DNA of 63,490 bases, the filler included, from Choristocarpus tenellus KU-1152 (lineage: Eukaryota; Protista; Phaeophyceae): assembly GCA_964200185.2 (NCBI GenBank). It is 10 parts of 10 records of this genome, joined end to end, with 100 filler letters (N's around TTAATTAATTAA, not from the genome) between each part and the next. Parts side by side here need not be neighbours in the genome. Positions count along the whole stretch, not along the records: positions 22,744 to 29,476 come from CAXNAD020007470.1; positions 29,577 to 33,043 come from CAXNAD020019831.1; positions 33,144 to 41,791 come from CAXNAD020004482.1; 7 more parts are not named here. One strand, given 5' to 3'. Below, in pieces: positions 24,694 to 35,800 of this stretch (positions within the stretch are counted from its first letter, which is position 1; each line of letters starts with the position of its first letter). The notes beneath the pieces were generated by a model. The model worked only from the letters and a program-made list of their open reading frames with translations, was not told the DNA's origin and searched no databases. A program made the translations under genes and the position numbers.

Positions 24694-27600
24694 AATGTGT
24701 GTTATGGTTTGGGTTAGGGTTAGGGTTATGTGATGCATGATAGCAACTTATGGGTGTACTTTTTGAGGTGCGGGGTTTGTATGCCATTGCAATACAATGG
24801 CTTCGATTGATTACATTCGGGCTCAGACTTTCTTGCTTGTGAGTGTTTTGTAATATAAATAGGAATGGCAGGCGACTCATCCATTGATAGCCTAGAACAT
24901 CAATAGTCTAGAACTCTAACCATATCCGATTTTTACATTCACATGCATCATTTGGGATTGTTTTTTGTTGTATGTGTGTGTTTTTGTGTGTGTTTGTGTA
25001 GTTGATCAGAAAGAAAGTGCTAGGAGGATGCAGAAAATGTGCTGATAATGTGACATGCATTCAAACTTGGTTCCTTATACTTTGGAATTGTGTACTATTA
25101 ATCTTTTTTGATTCCACAGGTTTCCTTGCTGTTTGTATGTGTTCGTATGTGTTTGTATGTGTATGTTTGTATGTGTATGTGTGTGTGTTTTGTTGATATC
25201 AGTGTAGATAATAGTTTTTAAAATGAATATAATCGCGGTAGTGTGTTCAGGGTCAGGGTCAGTACTCTTTTGTGCTTTTTTTTTCCATTGCTCTTGAGAA
25301 TTTTCGGAGAATTTTCTGTTTTCTGTTTTCTGTGTCTTTGTACGTTATCATTACTACTATCACAGTAGTAACTTGATATCTTTGAAGTAGAGTATGTCAG
25401 GTACAAGACTTTCCTCTAACCTCTCTTCTACTCCCCTCCCCCCCCCCCCCCCCTACCCCCCAAACAATGACCAATCACGCAAAAGGACACACCTGAAGAT
25501 TTTTGAGAGTTTCTTCCCCACAGATTTTCGAAATTGGTGGTCAGACGATTGGATATCGACTGTGTATGGACAACAGCACACCTTCAGGCAAGGAAGGGGA
25601 AACGGGAGTGCAATGGTTGAGGGAGTTGATAGAGATTTAATGTGTGGGGGATGCAGCATGTCGAAGGCATGTGGGAATATGTTGACTGTAATTATAGTAG
25701 AGGGTTCTTTATACTCGGGAGGGACAGTGATAGGAGGATGCATGGTCTCTGGACTACCTGCTGGTGGGGGGGTTAAACCCCTTAGCTCATACAGGACTTG
25801 GGTAGAGAGAACTTGATGGTGGTTTTTCTTGTATGTATAGTTTTGCCTTGTTTAGTTTATTTTGGCTTGGGTGAGGGTTAGGGTTAGGGTTAGGGTTGGT
25901 TTTGTTGCTGTTTACTCACTTGCTACTGATTGAGTGTGTTACCGGGTTGACTGTTGTTTGCCTCTGTCTCTGTCTTTGTGCACACATGTGTACCTTCTTA
26001 TGTAGTTCTTTCAACATGTAACAGTCACCTTGGGAACCTTGAACATCTTAGAGCACTCTGGCAAATACACTGTGCAACTCTTTTTCATACTCTCCGCCAA
26101 CCACACCAGTGTATCTATGGTCGATCTCCATGCCTAGTATGCTCTAAAGAACAGGGGGGCCCTGTCTTTGTTCTGTGTGACGAGCTCAAAGTGGGCACCC
26201 TTTTGTACCCTCTGCCGTGGCTTTGTGGATACCGCTTGTCTTGTACAGATACAGAAGTATTGTACTACGACCTTGAGGGAGAAATATCCTACGAAGTCCT
26301 TGTACCAAGACTTAATCCCCTCTTTCTGTAGTGCCTGCTGTCCCCTGCCCTAAGACAGAGCCCACCATCTTTATCGTGCCATCCAGTAATTCAACTAAGG
26401 GCACTCTATTTCTATTTTGTTAGTGTAGACCTCTCAACCTGTTTTCTTACTTTTTCTTTTCTCCATCCCCCCCCTCCCTCTCCCCTTTTGTTTGTGTTGA
26501 ACATCGATTTGATCTCTCGTTTGATTAATCATTGTGCTCATGAATACTTTTGTGTCTTCTCTTTTCTGCCCCCCTTTTTTTTGTTTTCCTTGTTTGTGTA
26601 GGGACCACTCTGTGACCATCACCCACGATGTGGAGACTCACAAGATTGATGCACACAACCGATACGAGATAGATTTCAATGCACAGTACTTCCTGCTCAA
26701 CGAGCTCAAGAAGGGGTAAGTTAGTAGTATCATGGTGTGGCATTAGAGAGAGGTGAGGGGACACCTTAGTTGCTGTTCTGGTACATGTACATGTTTGAGT
26801 ATATCAGAGAGATCATCTGTACAGGATGTGAACATAGGATGTGACGTTGAGACACACTTGGTTGAGAGGGGGAGGAGAAAAGGAGAGTTATGTTGAGTGG
26901 CAAAAGACTACTTCATAAGTAGGCAAAAGCTCTCCATAGGTACTATTGTAAAGGATGTACAAGATATACTTGGGACGCAGCTTTATTAGGATGGGAATTT
27001 GCTGAGTCAGTTTTCGGTGTTGGTGTTGGTATAGTCTTTTGTTACTACTGGTTCTTTTGGTTCTTTGTTGTTTACTGGTACTTGTGAGTGATGCTAATAG
27101 TGAACTTGTAAGATGTACTTTAATTAGCTATGTGCTATATTGGATTGGACCAGCAGGGTCCAAGTTCGTTGTGCAGTATCATCCCTATTAAATGGATTAT
27201 CCCTGCTATAGTAGTCTTACTACTTGCATCTTGTTTGAACTCACCTTATTCTGGAATGGTTATTGCTCGAGTGCTACTCTCCCTATGCCTGCACTGCGAT
27301 TATTATATTTAGAACCCTTGCCCTTTTTTTGCTTACCTGATCTCCTCCCTTCTCCCACCCACATCTCAATCCCAAGCCATGTGACCCTGAATAAGTGGCT
27401 GAAGGATTCTCAGCTACCCCATCTCGCCCTTCCTGTGGTTTGTGGATATATACCCCTTGTGGAAGAGCTATATAAGTATATTGAGGAGGAAGTGAAAAAG
27501 GCAATAGTGCCTTGGGATGATCTGGAGGCAGAAAGAAAGCGCATCATGACCTCCCGCGAGGTTATGATGCAAAACGCCTTGGCCAGGCAGAAGCGGAAGC

Positions 27601-27863
27601 AGCAAGCCATGGACCTCGCTAAACAAGTCACAATGAAGAAGAAAAAGAAGAAAAGCGCGAACAGGAAGGATGTGGGAGAGACATCCGAGGTCTCTTGGGA
27701 GGTGGACCTTGAGCCAGATAGTCCAGACAAACTTATGGGGCTTAAGGATTACTTGTTGGATTTGGTTAATGATGAGGACGAAGAGGAGGCCAGGCTTGAG
27801 GCTGATGAGGTACTTCGGCATGCCAGTTTGGCTCCTCTCAATGAGGGTAGTGAAGACCCATAG
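23605..27863 (+). CDS. Glycosyltransferase-like (GT-A fold, NDD motif) protein, 3' part; exons 23605-23825, 25486-25587, 26602-26715, 27377-27863
   Basis: Three phase-2 introns give DGADYMYQINDDT...NVGVTGPVDTNNKRILTHAFVHR|THLKIFESFFPTDFRNWWSDDWISTVYG...R|DHSVTITH...KKG|HVTLNKWL... with a charged coiled-coil tail. 5' exons not found. Confidence 0.8.
24056..25897. repeat. Short interstitial telomere-type TTAGGG/CCCTAA arrays: 24056-24073, 24711-24728, 25874-25897; also 18616-18630
   Basis: About 2.5-4 tandem hexamers each, mostly within introns. Confidence 0.8.
24405..24493 (+). repeat. Intronic 12-bp minisatellite (ATTGAAGTCAKC) x ~7.4
   Basis: Direct tandem repeat; it produces the spurious MLTS/FNAD/SIEV ORFs. 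Confidence 0.95.
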
Positions 27864-30438
27864 AGGGATATGATTAGAATGTGGCAAGGAAACGGAGAAT
27901 AGAGAAGTGTTCCGGATAATTAAATAGTCAGTCCATGACTGCCCAAGTCAGTCAGTGATGCATAGATAATTTGATCCTATGGCATTAGCTGATGTCAAGA
28001 GACTTGTGGTTGTTGCTTTTTGCAGATAACACCCTCAGCTCTTGGGTGGGAGGGGGAAGGGACAGAGGGCAGCTTGCTGGTGTCCATTGTCACACGACAC
28101 GAAGAAAAAACTTGCATGATTTTGATAGAAGTTGTGCTACCCACTTTATCTGTTTCTTGCCTCCAGGAGGGAGAGCAATGGAGGTAGAAAGCGTTGCATT
28201 GCTTGTGGATTCGTCTCCCTGCGTGCTCAAAGCAACAGTTGTCATTCCACTATCAGCCATGGCCTTGTGTTGTGTGTTTGTTCGTGTGTGTGTGTATCTC
28301 CTCTTGTGTTTCGGTGATGTCTATATGTTTTGCTTGTATGTGTATGTAGTGTTTGCTTGTCCGTGTGTGTGAAGGCCCTGTTGGGTCTTTTTTGTATGAT
28401 GGGTGGGTTTGCATTCGTGACGCTCACTTGAGTGAGGCTCTGTGCAGCTTTTGCTCACTGGTTGTGTTAACTTACACTTCACAGCCAGGAAAATGTTCCC
28501 TTTTCATTATGGGTGTGGTGAACGTGCACTTGTGTCTGTTTCTTGTGTATACGAGAGTACATGCATGTATCTTGTTTCTTTTGAAGTGTGTGTATGTATC
28601 TGTGCACAACCTTTAATGAGTAACATTAAGTTGGGTATGTTGCAGTTTATCTCCTGTGCTCCTTTTTGTTCTCTTTGTGTGGTGAAGTATCAGGACAGGA
28701 CTCTAGCCGTGTCAGGGGTTCAGTTACGGGTTGTCTTGTTGCTGGCAAGGGATTCTAGGATTAGATCAGTAGGTGACGTATACCTAGGTTTTTTTCTGAG
28801 TAGCAGTTGTATCGTATGTACACATATATATATATATCTACACTAAATGGCATTACATGCTTGATCAATTTGATTATTTTACGTTATCGTTCTTTCATCA
28901 GTCTGAGGGCTCTCAGACCTATGGTCGAAAGGTAGTCAAAAGATGGCAATACACACTGCTTGAGAAATAAACAATAAATACTAAAGAAAAAAATGCACTG
29001 GAAGAAGAAAAAGAAGGGAGGAGAAAGGAAGCCAGTGTATCAACGAGGTCAACAGAGAGAACGCAGATGTGATGCATACACAAGAAACACACGACATTTT
29101 GAGCCCAGAGTCTCTCCTTGAAACCCAGTGTGACAGTTTCTAGAAATTGTGTTTTTCTGGCCATTGAGTTCCGTGAGATGCAACCGGAATGGAATTTTCT
29201 CGTGCATGTGTAGTTTATTGTTGATGGGGACTTTGTTGAAATGGGGTCTAATCTTGTGCTGTGCTCTGCATGCGTGTTTCCTCTGTTGATGTTTCAAGGC
29301 CGATAAACAACAAGGTGCTATTGTCCTATTAACAGTGGATCGAGATAGTGGCGGATGGAATATTTCATGGAGGATGGATTTTTCCCAAAATGGTGCACGG
29401 AAAGTGCCCGTATGTTTTTTTTTGTAAATGTTGCGACGCATTTTAAGGGCCTCCTTTTGAATGGGAATACATGATTNNNNNNNNNNNNNNNNNNNNNNNN
29501 NNNNNNNNNNNNNNNNNNNNTTAATTAATTAANNNNNNNNNNNNNNNNNNNNNNNNNNNNNNNNNNNNNNNNNNNNTTCTACCACCGCCACCATCGACAG
29601 TCAAACGACTCCACCGACCGCACTAATTATTCAAGCAAGCAAGCCAACGCAAGGCATACATGTACACAACGATCAAACGAAATCGTTACCGCCGGATGGA
29701 TTCCCATTCATAGCGGGATCTTCCAAAAGTGCCGCAACATTTTTTTTTTTAACGTATGTGCACTTTCCGCACACCAATCCGCGTCTCGTTCATCCTCAAT
29801 TTTGATGATCGGCTGTTTAAAGAGGTGGTTTGAAGGAAAGAAGTACCATTGTTTCGTAAGAAAATGCAAATATCTCCAGGAAATTCTAGGTAAGAAGAAC
29901 AAGAGTGGAATTTCTTATAGGCAAAGATGACCTACCAAACGGTACATTGGTAGGATGAACAGAGAACATTCCTGGGGCAGAGGTAATTGTCAAGACACCA
30001 TTTGATTCTATCAACGCAGATCGTGTTGGTCAAATTATTTTTTTCTTCCCAACACGACGTGTATGGTGTGTTACTGATTTGCGTAGAATAGGACAACTTC
30101 ATCTCAGGAATTGAAGATATTTCGATTTCGAGATTGCGCGAAACTTACACTAGTAATTGGTGCCATGAACACCACTTAGAAATGGTTGTGTTTGCTCACT
30201 GCTTTAGTCAAGTACAGTATTTGACCGAGATAGAACGAATACATTCATCGCACCAAGACGTACCACACATTTGTCCCGTCATCTACGATATTAACATTTA
30301 GTACTGTAGTAAAATTAGTGATGAGCATTAAGGAATATTCATTTTACTCTAACACTATCCTGCCTAATGGTCAACGGGACTACACAATGCACTACTACCA
30401 TACTACCGAACAAAATGTTGTAAGAGTCAAAGCATTTA

Positions 30439-31045
30439 AGAGAGTAGGGCCGCATCCGTTTGGGGTCCAAAATCCAGTGTTGCGATTTTGATGCAACTTT
30501 GGGTATCGCGTTTGATGGCAAGTGTCAATATCCTTGCTTCGGACACAACTTTCATAGTCTATACATTTTACCTACTCCGAAACATATCAAAAACTGAGAA
30601 AGGGCATAAAAAAAACGTGGGCTGCTTTGAATACGAGTTAAGCCTTGACAGGAGCTGTGAGGCCGTTAGCTTAATTGTGGCTACAAACCTTAAAATATCA
30701 TCATACATTTCTTTTATAATTCTTACATTAATTGTATGTGTAGGGAGAATTTCATAATTCTTTGCTTTGTATTTTGATCTATAACCAGCAAACATTGATT
30801 TAACTTGATGCTTTAAGCCTTTTATACGAGGCGCAGAAAAGATCGAGAGAAAATGTGTGATGCCAAAAACAACTTCGGAATATCCATGTGTATCTGTTGA
30901 ATGTATATCACTTTTGACAACATCATTGTGCATTAGACCATCGATAACATAGCCAGCTTCACGCAGAGATGAACTCATCACAGTTGAATAAAATAATAAT
31001 AAGTCAAGCTCCGAACGGAAAAACAGGTCAAAACTCCTACCCTCT
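30439..31045 (+). mobile_element. MITE family A (TIR AGAGRGTAG, TA target duplication) interrupted by a foreign insert at 30622-31000
   Basis: TA|AGAGAGTAGGGC...CTCCTACCCTCT|TA. Both arms align colinearly with the uninterrupted copies at ~32455-32666 and 37380-37613. Confidence 0.85.
30622..31000 (-). pseudogene. tnpA: Fragment of a bacterial Tn3-family transposase (DDE catalytic region)
   Basis: LLFYSTVMSSSLREAGYVIDGLMHNDVVKSDIHSTDTHGYSEVVFGITHFLSIFSAPRIK...YDDILRFVATIKL-TASQLLSRLNSYSKQ. The REAxYVIDGL, TDTHGY, APRIK and DDILR motifs are diagnostic of Tn3 TnpA. AT-rich and intronless. Confidence 0.92.
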
Positions 31046-32165
31046 TACATGTTTTGAGTCGTAATGCAGTTAATTGGACTGGTCCATTTGTGGGTTGCTT
31101 CTCGCTCGCTGGGTCCAGTGATATCACTGCTTGTCATTCCCCCTCTCTTTAACCTTATGATGGATCGACCTAAGCAGTGCGCCACAATGAAGCCCTGCCA
31201 TCTCATTTTGGGTTTCCCGTGGTATTATGGTATAGCAACAGATGGGATGGTATGGATGTACGAACCACAGTCCTTACCTCGTGGATTTTCGAGCATCGAA
31301 AAATCATCTTTCAAAAGCGCTTTGTCTTTAGGTCTTCTTGGAAATTTAGGGGCGCCTTGAACCTTCTGCTTGACACCCTATTCCTATGCTTGAAACGACG
31401 CTGACCACCCACCTTTTGAGAGTGCCACTGCAAAAGGGAGGACAAATGTTCGTCCATCACCTAGCTCAAAACACTGTCCAGAGTGCTGGAAACATTTGTA
31501 CTAGAAGGCAGTCACAAGGACCCGAAATACTCAATGATACCCCGTTCTCAGAAGATAGATAAAAGGGTCTCCCATTAACAAACTTGGTGTGCATTAGGTT
31601 TAAAAAATAGGTGTTTACTCCTCAAGTGTTGCAATTTTAGTCTTTTGCCAACTACAGCACTAAACGTCTCTGGTCACCTATCAGAAAGCACTGGGTTAAA
31701 AAGAGAAGAAATTCAATGATGATGTGAGGACAGATCCTTGACACAGGCCTTGCTTAACACTATCATTCACTTGTGAACATAGTGTTGAGTATTGCGCTTT
31801 CTAGGGTGTGTGAGAAAATCCCCATACAAATATGAACTTGGAAACTCCATACGCCATGCTAATGTTGTTCACTTTCATCACGCTGACCACAATTAGACAA
31901 TGCCAACCACTCCTTTAGAGATTCGACTAGTGTGGTAGAGTTTCGACCAGAAATCAACAATAACATTAATTTTAAGCACAAGGCCAGACTGCCATCTTAG
32001 GGGAACGGTGCTTTTTGATTTCTCGTGTGTTTTCTGTTGGTTTTAGTCATGAGCCAAACTAAATGAGTGGTAGGCAGGTTTGGAGCCTTTGGCAGTCTAA
32101 GATCTTCCTCACCCTGTGCAATAAGCTCTATTTCATTTTTTATTATGTGTACAATAGTGTTCACA

Positions 32166-32340
32166 GGCTCGAAGTATCCGTGGGGGGTGGCGGCTGTCCA
32201 GTCGGGGCCCATTTTTCCATGTTGCGATTTTTGGGTGATTTGGTTGCATGAGTCCGATAGGTAATGTAAGTTCACTTCTCCTGGTAAGGGCCCAAATGGA
32301 CACCCTGGTATAGACCCCCCCCCCCATATCCTTTTGAGCC
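32166..32340 (-). mobile_element. MITE family B, complete copy (~175 bp)
   Basis: Imperfect TIRs GGCTCGAAGTATCCGTGGGG / CCCCATATCCTTTTGAGCC. Reverse complement of 47427-47610. A partial copy is at 33144-33197. Confidence 0.8.
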
Positions 32341-32454
32341 ATAAAATTGATCTTCCCCCTTTCCACACACAAAAAAAATGACACCACCATCTAGCTAAGG
32401 TCTTTCAGCAATTGTACAACATGGCGTCATTTTTCCCCTTTTGGGGATCCCTAA

Positions 32455-32666
32455 AAGAGTCCGTTTGGGGTCCGAAATCCAATGTTGCGATGTTGATTCA
32501 ATATTGCTTATCATCATGTTTGTTAGGAAGTGTCAATATCCTTGTTCCAGAAACACTTTTTCATAATTTTGAACATTATTCCTAACCCGAAACGTTTCGG
32601 AGTATTTTTGTTTAACATGGGAGGTCAAGCCCCAAACGGACAAACAGGGCAAAGCCCCTACCCTCT
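32455..32666 (+). mobile_element. MITE family A, uninterrupted copy with an eroded left end
   Basis: GTCCGTTTGGGGTCC...GTCAATATCCTTG...CATGGG|AGGTCAAGCCCCAAACGGAC...CTACCCTCT-TA. Confidence 0.85.
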
Positions 32667-33219
32667 TAAATGCTTTATAGCTCCAATGTAACTCTGCCAA
32701 CCTCTCAATCGGTTTGGTTCTCATGTCGTCTGATATATATATATATATATATATATGCAGGAAGAAAAACAAAAGCCAAATCAATTGAGAGGTAGGAAGG
32801 TTTGAACTATTTAGATTAGAAGTCATCGTTCTTACCTTGTGCGATACACTATGTTTCATTGCGTTATATGTACAATAGTGTATGAAAAAATTATATTGCC
32901 CCTTTCCACATTCAAACTGACACCACAATTCAGCAAAAGTCATTCCTGCAATTGTACATAGTGGCATACTATTTAACAGGGGATTCGCAAAATTGAGGAT
33001 GGAGCGGGACTATGAGGATGGTTGTTCTGCGAAAACTGTCTTANNNNNNNNNNNNNNNNNNNNNNNNNNNNNNNNNNNNNNNNNNNNTTAATTAATTAAN
33101 NNNNNNNNNNNNNNNNNNNNNNNNNNNNNNNNNNNNNNNNNNNGGGTCAAATGGACACCCTGGTGTAGACCCCTTCCCCCCCCCAGATACTTTTACCCTC
33201 CACTTCCCATAAAGCACAT

Positions 33220-34090
33220 CATAACACCAGCATCAGCTGCAGTGTAGAAGCACCAGCTGCTAAATCCACGCAACTCACAGCACAACTCCATTTTAGGATC
33301 CACTCCCCTCCCTGAAAACACATACTAGGTACCCTCATCAATTCATAAAAAACATTTACCGATGTACACATGCACCCACACTTCATTATCTTTTGCTCCT
33401 CTGGGAAGACTGCAAATTCAGTAGTCTTCACGACTTTGGGGTCTTAGGTAATGGCTACACATAACACAGGGTGTGAACGGACATGAACGTCGACAGGGCA
33501 TGATGGTGCAGAGATAATATTATACGCCTACAATATAATGATTGTTATGGAGTCAGGGGTTGAGACGTGGTGGCCATCTTTGTGCCTTCCTTAGAGTAAC
33601 GATTGAAATTTTGATGTGCAGTATATTCCCAAAGTTTGTAGGGCAATCCTTTCAGCTAATGCAGTTGCTTCACACACATTCTAATGAGATTAAGCTCCCG
33701 CCCAAGGTGGTGGAATGAGAGCAGACACACAGAACACAACCTGGGATCTGAATGTAGTATATGTCAAACTCTATCATCCCTACCTCGTCCTCAGCAGAAA
33801 GTTAGATCAGAGATATTTGCCCAGCTTTGGCCACGGTCCACCAAAGTGTCCTTCCAGGTGGCACACTTCGCATGCTTCCCTCCACTTTGGTAATGAAGCC
33901 AGCGCAAAGGTACACTCCCACTTTTACCACAACTTACGCCTCTCGTTACGGATGGCCACAACCTCTTTACCTTTAGGTTATCTATCACATGTGGGAGAGA
34001 ATTATGCATCACACCATGCATGCACACCATGGTCAGCCACTCGATCCATGGTCGGTATCCTACACATGATGCTTCTATACACCAGAATCA
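33220..34090 (-). mobile_element. Possible highly decayed Gypsy-type integrase remnant
   Basis: Fragmentary motifs (RDDRVxHILHSDP; VFYELMRVPSMCFQGGEW, similar to GVPxxIxSDQGxEF) spread across several frames with stops. Confidence 0.3.
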
Positions 34091-35072
34091 TATAGTAATT
34101 ACGAGTTGATCACGTTCTATGCCTCATAGACAGAAGCAAGGAGTAGGAAGAAACAGAACATAGAAGGGACATGAGAAGTAGGGACAGAACAATTTCCGTT
34201 TGTGTAAGGAGGTTCTATAGTCATTGCAAGGAGATGGGAGGGGGCAAGGACCAAGGACGAGATGGTTGTGAAAATGTGGTAGTGAAGGTCAGTATGCCAG
34301 CAAATAACACAATTTATAAGTGGATAGAATTGGACAGCGTAGTAGACTAAAACACTGAAAGGGTTGAACGTTGTTGTAAGTGATCTATTTAGGTGCTAGG
34401 TTATATATACCCCTTCAGGGGTCAGAAAGGAGTGAATGCAGCAGTTTTTTCAAGCGCGAGTACAAGCTCAGAAACACTCTTGATGATGGAAGGAAGAGGT
34501 GGATAGCAGGATTCGTACCTGTAACTTCTAGATCCCCTCACTTCATACACACATACTATATATATATAATCTCTGACTTTCTTTGTGTTGGTATCATATT
34601 TTGCGAGCCTTTCCCCTGTTTGGAGACGAAGAACTACGTCGAAGAAATCACAAATCCGCATGCCCTACACCAACACAGAACCAGTGTTGGTTCCTGTGTC
34701 AGGTTTATGGGCGTGAACATTGAAGATTGAAGTTGAAGGTATTAGTAGAGAAATGTGATTAGGTGAAGGTGAAGATGTTACATCAAGTTTTTGTATGGTT
34801 ATTATTATATTACCAATTTTATTCTATCATTAGTATAGGGGTGGAAGGAACTCTTTTTATCATAACACTCCACAAAAATATTTTTGTTTTGAATTTCTTC
34901 ACCTTTCACACTTGCTCTATATGATCCGTATTCATAGGACTTGATTGCAATCCAACTCCGCCTCCACTGCAGCACAGAGTAGACTTTGCCACTAAGCTCA
35001 CACCAGATTATTTCTCTTCGAATGTGCAAGGGGGAAAACTCGACGAACTAACATCATACTACTATTTTTCAA

Positions 35073-35800
35073 ATGAAGATCTTCTCCCTCGCCTGTGCAG
35101 TCCTGGTGCTTTCTTCCGCATCGGCATTTACTTTTCGTCTTGTGCGACACAACTTCAACCATTGCGTCCCCAAAGGTACATTCATATCTAGCCTGTCCGT
35201 ATATATGCCTAATGGCGACAATTTGCCAACCAGTTTATTGCTCGTTTGTCTCTCTGCCCCCAGTTGACCAAACAACAGTGTTTCCATATGGTAGGGTATC
35301 CTGCGCAGCATCGGGTGAAGCAGATGAGCCAGTGGAGGTATTTGATAGTGAGGGTTCATTCACATGGAAGGAGCTCAAGGCTGCAGAGGACGAGCGACTG
35401 AAGGTGCTATGCCCTCTTTTTTTGTAGGGACGATAGGAAATGTTCATCAGTCAACGCCCAAGTCATACAAACAGATATCCTCATTTGCATTTCATGCGTT
35501 TTGTGCGGATTATAGTCTCTGTCCTTGGAGGATGAAATGAACTGCTGGGAATATGGAGAGTGTCCCACAGACGAGACGAAATTCGTCAGCCGCTGGAACA
35601 AGATCCCCTACTCTGCGGAGCGCGAGCCTAGCACCTATACGGAGTTTGATGGCGAGGTGAGCTTGCCGTACACAGCACCTTTGACTGGAAACCCGACCTC
35701 AACACCGGCTTTGTGGTCTTATGTGCCAAATTTATCATTCCAAGGTCCGCTTTTTCTGTCGCTACAGCACTCAATATGGAGGGCGATCTTCGAGACGTAG
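35073..35800 (+). CDS. Small (~138 aa) predicted plastid-targeted protein of unknown function; exons 35073-35175, 35264-35403, 35516-35656, 35768-35800
   Basis: Signal peptide MKIFSLACAVLVLSSASA|F followed by a basic transit-like stretch (ASAF bipartite motif). Three short phase-consistent GT-AG introns. Acidic mature part ...EDEMNCWEYGECPTDETKFVSRWNKIPY...SIWRAIFET*. Confidence 0.8.

Noticed and set aside
30568-30621. C-terminal PTFFLCPFSVFDMFRSR as part of the Tn3 protein
   Set aside because: Read-through into the MITE left arm; Tn3 similarity stops at SYSKQ.
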